A stretch of DNA of 64,000 bases from an uncultured delta proteobacterium (lineage in GTDB: Bacteria > Desulfobacterota > Syntrophia > Syntrophales > UBA2185): the NCBI GenBank assembly GCA_963729715.1, contig CAVSPA010000004.1:416001-480000 (forward strand), read 5' to 3'. The notes under the pieces are model-generated. The model had not been told where the DNA came from, did no database searches, and saw only the letters and a list, made by a program, of their open reading frames with translations. The position numbers and the translations under genes are program-made. Shown here in pieces: positions 49,751 to 61,790 of this stretch. Position 1 is the first letter of the stretch; every line of letters starts with the position of its first letter.

Positions 49751-50854
49751 CTACCGCGTGAAAAACCTGTTAAAGTCATCAAACCACTTAATGTTGAGTC
49801 TTTCTATGTCCATGATGAAAACGAAAATCATGAGCGCAATAAGAATGACGAGGCCGACCTGCTGGCCCATCTCTCTCCATTTAATATTAATTTCCCGACC
49901 CGTTACGGCTTCTGCAAGAAAAAAGAGTAGATGACCGCCGTCAAGAATGGGAATGGGCAAGAGATTCAGGATAGCAAGGTTTATGCTCAGCAAGGCCATA
50001 AACAGCACGAATGGGACGATGCCCTCCTTGACCTGGGCCCCCGCAATTTGCGCAATCATAATGGGGCCGCCAAGGGTTTTCGGAGAAACGACACCTTCAA
50101 AGATCTTAACGATACTCAGCACAGTCAATTTACTTATAAACCAAGTCTGTTTAAGACTGGTCCAAAAGGCGCTAAATGGGTTCATCCTCTCCACGACAGT
50201 GTGTTCCAATGATGGACTTACACCCATTTTGTAAGAATCGATTTCTTCACCGAAAATATTCTTTTCCTTATACAACCTCGGTTTTAAGGGAACATTAATC
50301 GATTGTCCGCCTCTCGTTATTGTGATTCGCAACTCGCTGCCATCGCTCTTACTGATACTTTCCTTAATTTCCTCCCACCGCGTGATTTCTTTACCGTCGA
50401 TGGCGGCAATTACGTCGCCCTCCCTGATCCCGGCTTCAAAGGCCGGAGAACCTTCCGCCACCCCGCTTATATAGGTAGTCAGGGTCGGAACGCCAACCAT
50501 ATAAACAATAGTGAAAATTACGATGGCGAGGAGAAAATTGAAGATGGGCCCTGCAGCAACGATTGACGCTCTTTTCCAAACCGGCTGTTTGAAAAAAGAC
50601 CTATTTTTATCTTCCTCCGCGAGTTCCTCGTTCTCCGTCTCTCCCAGGAGCTTAACGTAGCCGCCGAGAGGCACCCATGAAATGCGGTACTCGGTCTCCC
50701 CTATCTTTTTCCCCACCAACTTGGGTCCGAAGCCAAGAGAAAATTTCAATACACCGACACCCGAATATTTAGCCACCAGAAAATGGCCAAACTCGTGGGC
50801 AAAAATAAGAATGCCCAACAGAATAATAACGGAAATAATGCTTATGCCAATCAC
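49751..50854 (-). CDS. rseP: RIP metalloprotease RseP
   Basis: HEFGH, PDZ domain, NLLPIPILDGG. Confidence 0.96.
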   Translation of the reverse strand: MIGISIISVIILLGILIFAHEFGHFLVAKYSGVGVLKFSLGFGPKLVGKKIGETEYRISWVPLGGYVKLLGETENEELAEEDKNRSFFKQPVWKRASIVAAGPIFNFLLAIVIFTIVYMVGVPTLTTYISGVAEGSPAFEAGIREGDVIAAIDGKEITRWEEIKESISKSDGSELRITITRGGQSINVPLKPRLYKEKNIFGEEIDSYKMGVSPSLEHTVVERMNPFSAFWTSLKQTWFISKLTVLSIVKIFEGVVSPKTLGGPIMIAQIAGAQVKEGIVPFVLFMALLSINLAILNLLPIPILDGGHLLFFLAEAVTGREINIKWREMGQQVGLVILIALMIFVFIMDIERLNIKWFDDFNRFFTR

Positions 50855-52035
50855 GATAGAACTTTTATCCTCTCAATGTTTTTTTTCGCAATATCTCTGG
50901 CCCATAGATCCGCTTCCATTATCTCTCCCAAGCCGGGACTCTCTTTCCGCTGATGACAGGAAAGCGCCTCTTTCACTACATCACCTATATCTGTAAACCT
51001 TAGGGAGTTCTCCAGAAACGCCTGCACTGCTACCTCGTTGGCGGCATTCAGGACAGCGGGCATCGTGCCCCCTGCTCTTCCTGCTTCATAGGCAAGCCTC
51101 AAATTAGGGAACTTTTCCATATCGGGCCTGAAGAATTCGAAGACTCCAATCTTGAACAAATCAAGAAAATGCTCGGGGCCGGCAAGTCTCTCCGGGAAAG
51201 ACAGGGCATAGGCTATGGGAATGCGCATATCCGGCACGCTCAGTTGGGCTATCACCGATCCGTCACAGTATTCTACCATGGAATGGATAATGCTCTGGGG
51301 ATGAATGTGGACCTCAATACGGTCAATGTCAACGGAAAATAACCAACGCGCCTCGATTACCTCAAGGCCCTTGTTCATCATGGAAGCCGAATCCACTGTT
51401 ACCTTTCGTCCCATCTGCCAGGAGGGATGCTTCAACGCGTCTTGGGGTTTCACGTCTGCAAGTTCTTCCTTCGATAGATGGTAGAACGGACCACCCGACG
51501 CAGTCAGAATAATTCTTCTGATATCAGAGCCTGTGCGGCCCTCGATGCATTGAAAGATTGCACTATGCTCGCTATCTATCGGCAAGATCTTCACGCCCTT
51601 CTTACGTGCCCTTTCTACAACAAGGGAGCCCGCCATGACCATCACTTCCTTATTGGCGAGGGCGATGTCTTTCCCTGCTTCAATGGCTTCCATAGTCGGT
51701 ATGAGGCCTGCGGAACCCACCATGGCCGATACAACCATGTCTGCTTCCTTCACGCATGCGACTTCCCGGTAACCGCCTTCACCTTGCAGAATCTCAATTC
51801 CCCTCGCAGACTTTATGCTATTCTTTAGTTTCGCGGCATGCTTTTCGTCAATGACCGAGACTACCTTCGGCTTGAATCTCTGAATTTGCTCCGCAAGCAG
51901 AGTCACATTTCTATGTGCCGCGAGAGCGACAACACGAAATCTATCAGGATTCTTCCATATGACGTCCAGGGCATTAACTCCTATGGAACCCGTCGAACCC
52001 AGTATGGATATATTCTTCATGCTTTTAAGACCCAT
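50851..52035 (-). CDS. dxr: DXP reductoisomerase
   Basis: LGSTGSIG, LANKE, DSEHSA, NKGLEVIEA. Confidence 0.97.
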   Translation of the reverse strand: MGLKSMKNISILGSTGSIGVNALDVIWKNPDRFRVVALAAHRNVTLLAEQIQRFKPKVVSVIDEKHAAKLKNSIKSARGIEILQGEGGYREVACVKEADMVVSAMVGSAGLIPTMEAIEAGKDIALANKEVMVMAGSLVVERARKKGVKILPIDSEHSAIFQCIEGRTGSDIRRIILTASGGPFYHLSKEELADVKPQDALKHPSWQMGRKVTVDSASMMNKGLEVIEARWLFSVDIDRIEVHIHPQSIIHSMVEYCDGSVIAQLSVPDMRIPIAYALSFPERLAGPEHFLDLFKIGVFEFFRPDMEKFPNLRLAYEAGRAGGTMPAVLNAANEVAVQAFLENSLRFTDIGDVVKEALSCHQRKESPGLGEIMEADLWARDIAKKNIERIKVLS

Positions 52036-52080
52036 GAATGTAAGAATAATGGCTTACATTGCAAGAGAAAAGGATACTTC

Positions 52081-52890
52081 CTATGATGCCGTCAAAAATA
52101 ATCTATAATAGTAAACGTAGGGTGCAATGAAAATTAAACAATCCAGCCGATCGAGCAAGCCTCCATGCCCGAGAACAAGGGAACCGGAATCCTTTACCCC
52201 GGAAGCTCTCTTGATGACCGACTCACAAAGGTCGCCCAGTTGTCCCACTATGCCTCCTGAAAATCCCAGCGCTGCGGCATGAATAACCGGAAGCCCGGGA
52301 AGAAAAAATTGCTGAAACAATATGCAGCCCATGACGCTTCCTGTGAGCAATCCCGCCGTTCCCTCCACAGTTTTGCCGGGACTCACCAGCGGTATCAGTT
52401 TTCTCTTTCCTACGCTTCTGCCTACGTAAAATGCCGCTATATCCCCGGAAAAAGCCAAAACCAAAATAAAGAAAATCCACATCATGCCATCTGCGGAATG
52501 CCTCAGCAGAATGAAATGCGACAGCATAAAAGGTATATAGATAAAGCCGAATACGAGCTTACTGACTGAAACCGTATCGATAGCATGCTCGTTCACGCCG
52601 AGGAGGGACAGAGAAAAGACGCTCAGCATGGAAAAGGCAATGACAGCGAGCACAATATGTAAATCACCTGAAAAAGCGGCAAGAGGAATTAATACGGCGA
52701 TAATCAGTGCCTGCGATTTCTCCCTGATGAATCCCCCATTAAACACCATTCTGTTATACTCGATTACGGCTCCAAAAATAACAATTATGATGAATGCGGA
52801 AAAGACGGCCTCCGAACCATAGAATATAATGGCAAAGAGTATGGGTACAGCTATAACCCCGGATATCCATCTTTTTATATGGGAAGTCAT
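52081..52890 (-). CDS. cdsA: Phosphatidate cytidylyltransferase
   Basis: SPGKTVEG, GDLCESVIKR..VKDSG, HGGLLDRLD. Confidence 0.96.
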   Translation of the reverse strand: MTSHIKRWISGVIAVPILFAIIFYGSEAVFSAFIIIVIFGAVIEYNRMVFNGGFIREKSQALIIAVLIPLAAFSGDLHIVLAVIAFSMLSVFSLSLLGVNEHAIDTVSVSKLVFGFIYIPFMLSHFILLRHSADGMMWIFFILVLAFSGDIAAFYVGRSVGKRKLIPLVSPGKTVEGTAGLLTGSVMGCILFQQFFLPGLPVIHAAALGFSGGIVGQLGDLCESVIKRASGVKDSGSLVLGHGGLLDRLDCLIFIAPYVYYYRLFLTAS

Positions 52891-53639
52891 CCTGTATATG
52901 TTCCGTCCCTGTGCAACTGGTTACTCGTCAGTCCGAATCTCCTCTCCCTCCGCTGAAACTCGGCAATTGCCTCGATGAGATGCGTCCTCCGAAAATCAGG
53001 CCAAAGAACATCAGAAAAATAAAATTCCGTATAAGCTGACTGCCACAATAAAAAATTGCTCAACCTGTATTCGCCGCTCGTTCTTATAAGCAGGTCCGGA
53101 TCAGGAATATCAGCCGTATACAGATACGCAGAGAACAATGCTTTCGTTAGATCTTCAGGAGTGATCTTGCCGTCCTGACAGTCTTTTATTATGTCTTTCG
53201 CTGCCGCAACGATTTCATCACGTCCACCATAGCTCAGGGCCAGATTGAGAACCATCCCGTCGTTATGAGCCGTCCTATCAATTGCCTCCTCAAGCATATT
53301 TCTTACGGGTCCGCTCAATGACCCGATATCACCGATGGTTACCAATCGGACGCCATTGCGCAGCATCTCGTCAAGCTCCGATCGCAGAAACTTATCCAAT
53401 AAATCCATCAGTGCATCGACCTCTTCCCGGGGACGAAGCCAATTTTCCACAGAAAAAGCATACAAGGTAAGATATTTTATACCGATCTCCCGGCAGGCCT
53501 TTACCACAATCTTTACAGACTTGGCACCTCTCTTATGACCGGTTATCCTTCCGAAGGCGTGCTTTTCTGCCCATCTGCCGTTACCGTCCATGATTATGGC
53601 GATGTGTTGTGGCAGTTTGCTGTGGTCAATCTTTTTCAT
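52887..53639 (-). CDS. uppS: Undecaprenyl diphosphate synthase
   Basis: IMDGNGRWA, FSVENW, RTSGEYRLSNF. Confidence 0.97.
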   Translation of the reverse strand: MKKIDHSKLPQHIAIIMDGNGRWAEKHAFGRITGHKRGAKSVKIVVKACREIGIKYLTLYAFSVENWLRPREEVDALMDLLDKFLRSELDEMLRNGVRLVTIGDIGSLSGPVRNMLEEAIDRTAHNDGMVLNLALSYGGRDEIVAAAKDIIKDCQDGKITPEDLTKALFSAYLYTADIPDPDLLIRTSGEYRLSNFLLWQSAYTEFYFSDVLWPDFRRTHLIEAIAEFQRRERRFGLTSNQLHRDGTYTG

Positions 53640-53854
53640 CGGATGAAATGCTCTTCTTACAATATCTGCGGATAGTTAATACGTCGTCCCAGTAACACAA
53701 TCAAGGATAAAGTTCAAGACATGCAAAAAATTGGGAGAGTTAGAAAATCTGTATAAAATCAGCGACGACAGCCTGGCAAGTATAATTTACATCATTTCCG
53801 AAACAAAGAAGGAGCACAAAGGCTCCCCAATATCTGTTGTTCATCGCAATAAAC

Positions 53855-54412
53855 TTATATTTCCATGATTTCTTTTTCTTTGGCAGCGAGTATACCATCG
53901 GTTTTCTTAATATACTTATCCGTTATTTCCTGAACTTCCTCTTGATACAGATAGAAATCATCTTCAGAAATGTCACTGTCCTTCTTAAGTGTTTTTAGCT
54001 GGTCATTTGCATCCCTTCTGACATTTCTCTGATTTATCTTGCACTCTTCGGCGATCCTTTTGACGGTCTTAACCAGTTCCTTTCTACGCTCTTCGGTAAG
54101 TGGCGGAATTGAAAGGCGTATCACTTTTCCGTCATTTACCGGCATCAAGCCAAGATCGGATTTCTGTATAGCTTTTTCTATGTTTCCAATGACGCTGTTA
54201 TCCCAGGGCGATATGACCATAAGGCGGCTCTCGGGTATGGAGAGTGTAGCGACTTGGTTGAGCGGTGTGGGGACGCCATAATAGTCCACTTTAATGCCGT
54301 CGAGAAGCGACAGCGACGCCCTCCCTGTCCTCACTTTATTCAAGGACTTCTCAAAAGCGTGAATCGCTTTCTCCATATTATCCTTCAATTCGTCAAAAAC
54401 CAGATCCTTCAT
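53855..54412 (-). CDS. frr: Ribosome recycling factor
   Basis: RTGRA, PPLTEERRKELVK, KEKEIM. Confidence 0.97.
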   Translation of the reverse strand: MKDLVFDELKDNMEKAIHAFEKSLNKVRTGRASLSLLDGIKVDYYGVPTPLNQVATLSIPESRLMVISPWDNSVIGNIEKAIQKSDLGLMPVNDGKVIRLSIPPLTEERRKELVKTVKRIAEECKINQRNVRRDANDQLKTLKKDSDISEDDFYLYQEEVQEITDKYIKKTDGILAAKEKEIMEI

Positions 54413-54413
54413 G

Positions 54414-55133
54414 TCAACCTCTTACTCTCGTCCCCATATCTCTGCCGCATATGACGCGCCTGATATTGCCCTTCTTCTGCAGATTAAAAACGATGATGGG
54501 AAGATTGTTCTCTCTGCACAAAGAAATCGCCGTTGCATCCATAACCCTCAAATGTCTCGTCAATATGTCATTATAGGATATCTCGGTAAACATCCTTGCA
54601 TCGCTGCATTTAACAGGATCTTTATCATAGACCCCGTCTACTTTCGTTGCTTTCAGAATAACGTCGGCCTTAATCTCTACAGCCCTTAAAGAAGCAGCAG
54701 TATCCGTTGTGAAATAGGGGTTCCCTGTGCCGCCTGCAAATATAACGACCCTTCCTTTTTCGAGATGACGCACAGCCCGCCTTTGAATAAATGGCTCCGC
54801 AACCTGTTTCATTTCAATTGCAGTTTGGACTCGTGTTACAACATCAAGTCGTTCAAGAGCGCTCTGCAGTGCAAGGCTGTTTATCACGGTGGCGAGCATG
54901 CCCATGTAATCCGCGGATGTTCTATCCATACCCATCTCATTGGCTTCAAACCCGCGTAAAATATTGCCGCCGCCTACTACGACGCCTATCTCGACGCCAA
55001 GCCTTGCAACATCCCTGATTTCTCCCGCAATGCCCGATACGGCATCAAAGTCTATCCCATAGGAGCCTTTTCCCATAAGGACTTCGCCACTCAGTTTCAG
55101 GAGAACTCTTTTATAGACAGGCTTATCCATCAT
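54414..55133 (-). CDS. pyrH: Uridylate kinase
   Basis: [19 protein letters not shown]. Confidence 0.97.
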   Translation of the reverse strand: MMDKPVYKRVLLKLSGEVLMGKGSYGIDFDAVSGIAGEIRDVARLGVEIGVVVGGGNILRGFEANEMGMDRTSADYMGMLATVINSLALQSALERLDVVTRVQTAIEMKQVAEPFIQRRAVRHLEKGRVVIFAGGTGNPYFTTDTAASLRAVEIKADVILKATKVDGVYDKDPVKCSDARMFTEISYNDILTRHLRVMDATAISLCRENNLPIIVFNLQKKGNIRRVICGRDMGTRVRG

Positions 55134-55140
55134 CTTTTCT

Positions 55141-55737
55141 TCACTCGGCGCCCAGCTGGAACCTCATGAATCTTCTGATAACAATATTCTCACCCGTCTT
55201 GGCGATCATATTACTGACCAGCGTCCCAACGGTAATGGCCGTGTCTTTTATAAATTTCTGATCCAGAAGGCAGACGTCTTCATAATACTTCTTAAGTTTG
55301 CCCTCTATGATCTTGTCCCATATCTTCTCCGGTTTCTTTTCCGCCATAGCCTGGCTTCTGTAAATCTCCTTCTCGCGTTCCAGAACATCGGCAGGTATAT
55401 CTTCCGACTTCAGATACCTGGGGTTCGCCGCAGCTATGTGCATAGTCAATTCTTTCGCCAAGAGTCGAAAATCATCTGTCTTGGCAACAAAGTCCGTTTC
55501 GCAATTAAGCTCTACCAGGACGCCTATCTTCCCACCCATATGGATATATGAGGCAACGACTCCATCTTTTGCCGCCTTTGACGATCTTTTCGTCGCGGCA
55601 GACATGCCCTTCTTACGCAAATGATCGATTGCTTTTTCGAAATCTCCTCCGGACACCGTCAGAGCTTCCTTGCAATCCATCATACCGGCGCCTGTTTTTT
55701 CCCTCAGCTCTTTAACCATGGATGATGTAATGCTCAA
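55141..55737 (-). CDS. tsf: Elongation factor Ts (short form)
   Basis: [26 protein letters not shown]. Confidence 0.97.
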   Translation of the reverse strand: MSITSSMVKELREKTGAGMMDCKEALTVSGGDFEKAIDHLRKKGMSAATKRSSKAAKDGVVASYIHMGGKIGVLVELNCETDFVAKTDDFRLLAKELTMHIAAANPRYLKSEDIPADVLEREKEIYRSQAMAEKKPEKIWDKIIEGKLKKYYEDVCLLDQKFIKDTAITVGTLVSNMIAKTGENIVIRRFMRFQLGAE

Positions 55738-55768
55738 TTTATTCTACCTCCCGTCAAATTTCTCGCTT

Positions 55769-56608
55769 TCATTGACGCGCTTTATCTGTTTCAAGGTCTT
55801 CTTCCAAATCAGTTACCCCACCCTTTGTCTCGATAGACTCAGGGACATCCGTTTCCACATCTTCGCCTTTCTCAGGGGCCAGGGCTGCTGCTTCCTTGTC
55901 GGAGTCGGCCTGTACATGCTCCTCGAACCTCCTCTTGCCCTCGATTACCGCATCGCAAATTCTCGAAGAGAAAAGCTTGATCGCCCTAATTGCATCATCG
56001 TTACCCGGTATAATATAATCAATATCGTCCGGATCGCAGTTCGTATCAACTATAGCTACAATAGGAATTTTCAATTTTTGCGCCTCTTTGACGGCAATGC
56101 TCTCGCGTTTGGGATCAACGATAAACAAACCTCCGGGGACACGTTTAATTATTTTTATGCCGCCGAGGACTTTCTCAAGCTTGTTCATCTCCTTTTGCAG
56201 CTTCATTATCTCTTTTTTCGGAAATGCCTTGACACTGTCATCGGAAAACATCTTCTCGAGCAGGTTTAGTCTCTCGATCCTCTTATTGATGGTATTAAAA
56301 TTCGTCAGCATCCCGCCCAGCCATCTCTGATTGACGTAAGGCATCCCACATCGCTCGGACTCCTCTTTGACAGCTTCCTGAGATTGCTTCTTTGTTCCTA
56401 CAAAGAGAAGCTCTCCGCCCGCTGCCACCATATTCACTACAAAGTCATATGCAGCCTGGAACATCCCCACCGTCTGCTGGAGGTCTATGATGTAAATGCC
56501 GTTTCTCGCCCCAAATATGTAGGGCTTCATCTTTGGATTCCACTTGTTGGTCTGATGACCGAAATGAACTCCCGCTTCAAGTAACAATTTCATTGATATG
56601 TTTGCCAT
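55769..56608 (-). CDS. rpsB: 30S ribosomal protein S2
   Basis: [27 protein letters not shown]. Confidence 0.98.
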   Translation of the reverse strand: MANISMKLLLEAGVHFGHQTNKWNPKMKPYIFGARNGIYIIDLQQTVGMFQAAYDFVVNMVAAGGELLFVGTKKQSQEAVKEESERCGMPYVNQRWLGGMLTNFNTINKRIERLNLLEKMFSDDSVKAFPKKEIMKLQKEMNKLEKVLGGIKIIKRVPGGLFIVDPKRESIAVKEAQKLKIPIVAIVDTNCDPDDIDYIIPGNDDAIRAIKLFSSRICDAVIEGKRRFEEHVQADSDKEAAALAPEKGEDVETDVPESIETKGGVTDLEEDLETDKARQ

Positions 56609-56712
56609 TTTGCAACTCCTTGTGTTTTTTTACCGCCATCCCTCTCACTTTGCACGGAGAACTCTTCTAATGAGAAAAGCAACGCTCCGGCAATCAAAGG
56701 ATGTGGGAAATC
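56609..56712 (-). promoter_or_regulatory. Probable rpsB (S2) autoregulatory leader
   Basis: Structured 5' UTR in which CATCC pairs with GGATG around internal stems, at the usual position of the S2 leader. Confidence 0.5.
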
Positions 56713-56830
56713 CTTAGATATTTAGCACAAAGATTCTAATTTAGCAAGCTAAAAAAGGCAAATACAAGAGAGGACGGATACGCAACGCAAGGCTTTTTGC
56801 GATCTATAGACAGTCAAGTGTCTCACAGAG

Positions 56831-58033
56831 TTAAGTATGATATTGGGCGTTAATCTTGATGTAGTCCAAGGTGAGATCGGACGTGCATATTCTGTATGAT
56901 TTATTGCCCATTCCGAGTTTCAAGAAGACTTTTATATTGCTTCTGGACATGATTTCTGCGAGCTCTTTGTCATGGCCATCTATGCCCTTACCATGAGCAA
57001 ATACCGGAACTTCTTCAAAGTATAGTTTAACGTCGGCAGCGGGAAGATTAATGCCTGTCGAGCCGGCAGCCGCTATTACCCTTCCCCAGTTGGGGTCGCA
57101 ACCGTAGAACGCGGTTTTGACCAGGTTTGAGTTGGCTACGGCATTGGCAACCTTTCTTGCGTCTCCTATAGAATCCGCTTCCTCAACGATTATTTCTATA
57201 AATTTAGTCGCCCCTTCGCCGTCCCTGACGATGGCGTCAGACAGATCAGACATCACGCCAAACAGCATCTCTTTAAACAAAGACAAACTATTCGAATGTC
57301 GCTTCAGTTGCTTGTTTCCGGCCATGCCGTTTGCCATGATTATCGCCGTATCATTCGTGCTCATGCATCCGTCAACCGTGATTGCATTAAAGCTCCTGTC
57401 TACCACCTGTTTAAAAACAGCATTTAGGGTATGAAAATCGATGTCCAGATCAGTCATGGCAAATGCAAGCATGGTCGCCATATGGGGCTCTATCATGCCT
57501 GCTCCTTTCGCAATACCACACACAGACACTTCTCTTCCACCGATCACATCCTTCCTGCAAGAGATTTTTGGGAATTTATCCGTCGTCATGATTGCCTGTG
57601 CGGCCGCAGGAATGCCGTTCGGATGAGCCCCGCGCACGAGCCCTTCCATGCCTTCTTTGATATTCCTTACGGGAGGCCTGTGTCCGATTATTCCCGTAGA
57701 TGCCACCAAGACGAGATCATCGGCGATATTCAGCTTATCGGAAGCGCATCGCGATATCTCCACGGCGTCAGTATATCCCGCCTCACCTGTGGCTGCATTG
57801 GCATTGCCGCTATTTGCCAGAATCGCCTGCGCTCTACCCGATTTTATCCTTTGCATATCAAGGAGAACCGGCGCCGCCTTAAAGCAATTTCTCGTAAATA
57901 CGGCCGCTGCCCGAGCTGGCACAACGGAAAAAATCAGTGCAAGGTCCTTAATGCCGTTTTCCTTGATGCCCGCATGAATACCGTTTGCCAGAAAACCCGA
58001 AACGGCGTATGTCTCCGACTCTCTACAGGTCAT
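56831..58033 (-). CDS. argJ: Ornithine acetyltransferase
   Basis: NSGNANA, MTTD, KGAGMIEPHMATML, DGEGATK, DPNWGR. Confidence 0.96.
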   Translation of the reverse strand: MTCRESETYAVSGFLANGIHAGIKENGIKDLALIFSVVPARAAAVFTRNCFKAAPVLLDMQRIKSGRAQAILANSGNANAATGEAGYTDAVEISRCASDKLNIADDLVLVASTGIIGHRPPVRNIKEGMEGLVRGAHPNGIPAAAQAIMTTDKFPKISCRKDVIGGREVSVCGIAKGAGMIEPHMATMLAFAMTDLDIDFHTLNAVFKQVVDRSFNAITVDGCMSTNDTAIIMANGMAGNKQLKRHSNSLSLFKEMLFGVMSDLSDAIVRDGEGATKFIEIIVEEADSIGDARKVANAVANSNLVKTAFYGCDPNWGRVIAAAGSTGINLPAADVKLYFEEVPVFAHGKGIDGHDKELAEIMSRSNIKVFLKLGMGNKSYRICTSDLTLDYIKINAQYHT

Positions 58034-58094
58034 AAACCACCTTATGCGAGAGGTCTCGCAAAAAACATTCTATTCCGTCAGCTCTCTATCTCTA

Positions 58095-60614
58095 TTACCG
58101 TCCACAGCACTTCTTATATTTCTTCCCGCTGCCGCACGGACAGGGATCGTTTCTCCCCACCTTCTTCGCTTCCCTCTTCACCGTAGAAGTCTCTGGCGTT
58201 TGCTCTCCCCGGCTCATGATATAATCCTGACTGGCCTCTTCCCGCATCTCTTCGATCTCTTCTTCCCTCTGGATTCTGACGATGCAGAGTTTTTCGATTG
58301 TATCCTCTTTGACGCGGTGGATCATTTCCATGAACATTTCATAGCCCTCTTTCTGGTATTCACGGACAGGATCCTTTTGTCCATAGCCCCTGAGGCCGAT
58401 GCCTTCCTTTAAGTGATCCATGCTCAAGAGATGATCTTTCCAGTGAGTATCAATAGATTGCAACATGATTACCTTCATGAGATAATCCATGAGCGGTTTG
58501 CCGTATTCCTCTTCTTTTTTCTTCAGCAGGTCTTTCGCAGCTTCAATGACCATGTCTTCAATCGCGTCCCTGCTGAGATCTCTTCCCGTCTCACTGAGGT
58601 TCAATCGCAAAGAGAATTGCTTGAAAACTACATCGTCCAATCCCCTCAGATTCCATTCCTCCGGATGGGATTTCTCGTCCACATACTGCAAGACTATTTC
58701 GCCGACGAGTTCTTCCACCATCTCCTCCACATCTGACCAAAGATCCTCTCCCTTGAGCACCCTCTTGCGCTGTTCGTAAATCACCTGTCTCTGCCTGTTC
58801 ATTACATCGTCAAATTCCAGCAGGTGCTTGCGGATATCAAAATTATGAGCCTCGACCCGTTTTTGCGCATTTTCTATAGCCCTCGAAATCAGCTTGTGTT
58901 CAATCGGCTGATTCTCTTCCATGCCGATCCGGTCCATTATGGATGAGATTCTCTCTGCACCAAAGATGCGCAGAAGATCATCCTCGAGGGAAAGATAAAA
59001 GCGCGAAGACCCCAAATCCCCCTGGCGCCCCGACCTGCCCCTGAGCTGATTGTCGATGCGTCGGCTCTCATGCCTTTCCGTCCCGAGGATGTGGAGTCCA
59101 CCCACCTCGGCGACGCCTTCGCCGAGCTTTATGTCGGTTCCGCGGCCCGCCATATTGGTTGATATGGTTACCATGCCCGGCTGTCCAGCCTGAGCAATGA
59201 TCTCCGCTTCCTTCTCGTGATGCTTAGCGTTCAGGACGTGGTGCTTGATACCGGTGCGCGAAAGATATTTACTCAGGAGTTCGGACTTTACGATGGATAT
59301 TGTGCCTACCAGAACGGGCCTTTTTTGCGTGTGCAGTTCCTTGATCTCCTCTATCACTGCATTGAATTTTTCCGCCTCAGTCTTGTAAATCACATCAGAG
59401 TTATCCAGTCTGATCATGGGCATATTGGTTGGAACCACGCAAACATCGAGGTTATAGATCTTATTGAATTCGGCTGCCTCCGTATCTGCCGTGCCTGTCA
59501 TTCCCGCCAGTTTCTTGTACATCCTAAAGTAATTCTGGAATGTTATTGATGCGAGTGTCTGATTTTCTCTCTCTATGTTAACCTTCTCTTTTGCTTCCAA
59601 AGCCTGATGCAAACCATCACTGTATCTTCTTCCCGGCATTACCCTGCCTGTAAACTCATCAACGATGATAACCTGACCGTCTTTGACCAGATAGTCAACA
59701 TCGCGCTTGAAGAGCGTGTGGGCCTTCAATGCCTGATTTACGTGGTGAAGAAGCTCTATGTTCTTGGGCTCAAAGAGGTTCTGTACCTTAAGGTAACCTT
59801 CGACCTTGGCGACGCCTTCCTCCGTAAGCACGACGGTCCGGCTTTTTTCGTCAATAGTGTAGTCCTTGTCCCTTCTCAATCTGGGTATTACCTGATTGAT
59901 CTTGTAGTACTTATCGGTAGATTCCTCCGACGGGCCTGATATTATCAGAGGTGTTCTCGCTTCATCGATGAGGATGCTGTCCACCTCATCGACGATTGCA
60001 TAATTGAAGTCCCTCTGAACGTAATCCTCAAGGCTGAACTTCATATTATCACGCAGGTAATCAAAACCGAACTCATTGTTCGTGCCATAGGTGATATCGG
60101 CATTGTATGCCATCCTTCTTTCAGGATCATCCATACCATGAACGATGACACCGACGGTGAGGCCGAGGAATTTATATATAGGCCCCATCCACTCCGCATC
60201 CCTCTTTGCCAGATAGTCATTTACAGTCACCAGATGGCAACCTTCCCCGGAAAGGGCGTTCAGATAGAGGGGCATGGTAGCTGCCAAGGTCTTGCCTTCT
60301 CCGGTCTTCATCTCTGCAATCCTCCCTTCGTGGAGGACGAGGCCTCCGATAACCTGAACGTCAAAAGGCCTCATCAGCAACGTTCTTCTCCCTGCTTCCC
60401 TTGCAACGGCAAAGGCCTCCGTCAGGATATCGTCGAGTTCCGCACCACCGGCAAGCCGCTCCTTAAAATATGGCGTCTTCGCCTTCAGTTCCCCGTCACT
60501 TAAGCCCATCATGGCAGGCTCAAGATCATTTACTTCATCAAGGATAAAAGACAGCCGCTTCAATTCCCGATCATTCTTGCTGCCAATTACCTTTCCCAGT
60601 AAAGACCCCAGCAT
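58095..60614 (-). CDS. secA: Preprotein translocase ATPase
   Basis: [33 protein letters not shown]-terminal SEC-C motif. Confidence 0.98.
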   Translation of the reverse strand: MLGSLLGKVIGSKNDRELKRLSFILDEVNDLEPAMMGLSDGELKAKTPYFKERLAGGAELDDILTEAFAVAREAGRRTLLMRPFDVQVIGGLVLHEGRIAEMKTGEGKTLAATMPLYLNALSGEGCHLVTVNDYLAKRDAEWMGPIYKFLGLTVGVIVHGMDDPERRMAYNADITYGTNNEFGFDYLRDNMKFSLEDYVQRDFNYAIVDEVDSILIDEARTPLIISGPSEESTDKYYKINQVIPRLRRDKDYTIDEKSRTVVLTEEGVAKVEGYLKVQNLFEPKNIELLHHVNQALKAHTLFKRDVDYLVKDGQVIIVDEFTGRVMPGRRYSDGLHQALEAKEKVNIERENQTLASITFQNYFRMYKKLAGMTGTADTEAAEFNKIYNLDVCVVPTNMPMIRLDNSDVIYKTEAEKFNAVIEEIKELHTQKRPVLVGTISIVKSELLSKYLSRTGIKHHVLNAKHHEKEAEIIAQAGQPGMVTISTNMAGRGTDIKLGEGVAEVGGLHILGTERHESRRIDNQLRGRSGRQGDLGSSRFYLSLEDDLLRIFGAERISSIMDRIGMEENQPIEHKLISRAIENAQKRVEAHNFDIRKHLLEFDDVMNRQRQVIYEQRKRVLKGEDLWSDVEEMVEELVGEIVLQYVDEKSHPEEWNLRGLDDVVFKQFSLRLNLSETGRDLSRDAIEDMVIEAAKDLLKKKEEEYGKPLMDYLMKVIMLQSIDTHWKDHLLSMDHLKEGIGLRGYGQKDPVREYQKEGYEMFMEMIHRVKEDTIEKLCIVRIQREEEIEEMREEASQDYIMSRGEQTPETSTVKREAKKVGRNDPCPCGSGKKYKKCCGR

Positions 60615-60706
60615 AGATCACCCTCTCAAAAAAAAACCGGTATCAAACCCGGCTGTTAGATAACAAATAACGATCCGTCCCGCATAATACCTGCGGGCGG
60701 GCAAAT

Positions 60707-61609
60707 CTAATTCAAATATTTTCTCGGATTAACGGGAATGCCGTTTAGTATTACGCTGTAATGGAGATGCGAGCCTGTACTTCGTCCGGAATTCCCGACA
60801 TAACCGAGGATGTCTCCCCTCTTGACCATATTCCCCTGCTTGACGGCAGTTCTCAAGAGGTGACCGTACCAACTCGTCATCCCGTATCCATGATTTATCT
60901 TAACCATGTGTCCCACGTCCCGATCATAAGCTATCTCGCAAACCAAACCATCAGCAGGCGCCACCACCTCCACGCCTATTCGCGTTGCAATATCAATTCC
61001 TTTGTGAAATTCTCTGCCTTCGCCAATCGGTGATGATCTGAACCCAAACTCCGATGTAACCCAGCCATGAACTGGCCAAATCGACGGCGTCGCAGCGAGT
61101 ATGGACTTCTGTTTCTTAAGAAATTTGAACAACTCATGGAAACTGTTCTTCTGTTCGACCGCGTCTTTAGACAGTTGCTCGACATTCTGATCGATCTTGG
61201 CGATGACTATCCGCTGGTCAGTTTCGGCGTGCGGTTTTATTGTTTCGTCGCTTATTGAGCCTCCGGTGCCGAGTACCTGCCCCTTATAGCGTTTCTCTTC
61301 GACGTTGGCCATGGCTCTGATATTCTTATCGAGCTGACTGAGTTCTTCCATCTTCAAGGTAAAATTGTTCACCTTCTCCGCCAGGTCGTCGATCTGAACT
61401 TTTTGTTCCCTTGTTTGTCTTCTCAAACGTTCCAGCTCAATCTTGTCCCTCTTTATTTTGATGTAATCGTAATACGCATACATGCATGCCAGAATAACAG
61501 CCATCATACAAAACGCAATGCCTTTCAAAGCCTTGTTTGAAAGGGTCAATCTCTTCGCTGAACTTTTTCTCTTGGGGATTATCAGGAAGGTATAAAAATT
61601 CCTAGGCAT
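60707..61609 (-). CDS. M23 family peptidase with a coiled coil
   Basis: HKGID, YGHL, GRSTGSHLHY. Confidence 0.93.
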   Translation of the reverse strand: MPRNFYTFLIIPKRKSSAKRLTLSNKALKGIAFCMMAVILACMYAYYDYIKIKRDKIELERLRRQTREQKVQIDDLAEKVNNFTLKMEELSQLDKNIRAMANVEEKRYKGQVLGTGGSISDETIKPHAETDQRIVIAKIDQNVEQLSKDAVEQKNSFHELFKFLKKQKSILAATPSIWPVHGWVTSEFGFRSSPIGEGREFHKGIDIATRIGVEVVAPADGLVCEIAYDRDVGHMVKINHGYGMTSWYGHLLRTAVKQGNMVKRGDILGYVGNSGRSTGSHLHYSVILNGIPVNPRKYLN

Positions 61610-61790
61610 CTCTATTCCTTTCGCATATCCTCACGACAAACCGGGAGTGTATAACTAACACAATCATGCCAAATGTCAAGCAAAGTTTATTCTTGTTTTA
61701 GAAAATTGACTTGACTTTGCAAGGGGGAATACGCTACACACCGCAAACATCTTTACCAATTGCGATCGGTAACTGCAGAAAGGAGTTCCA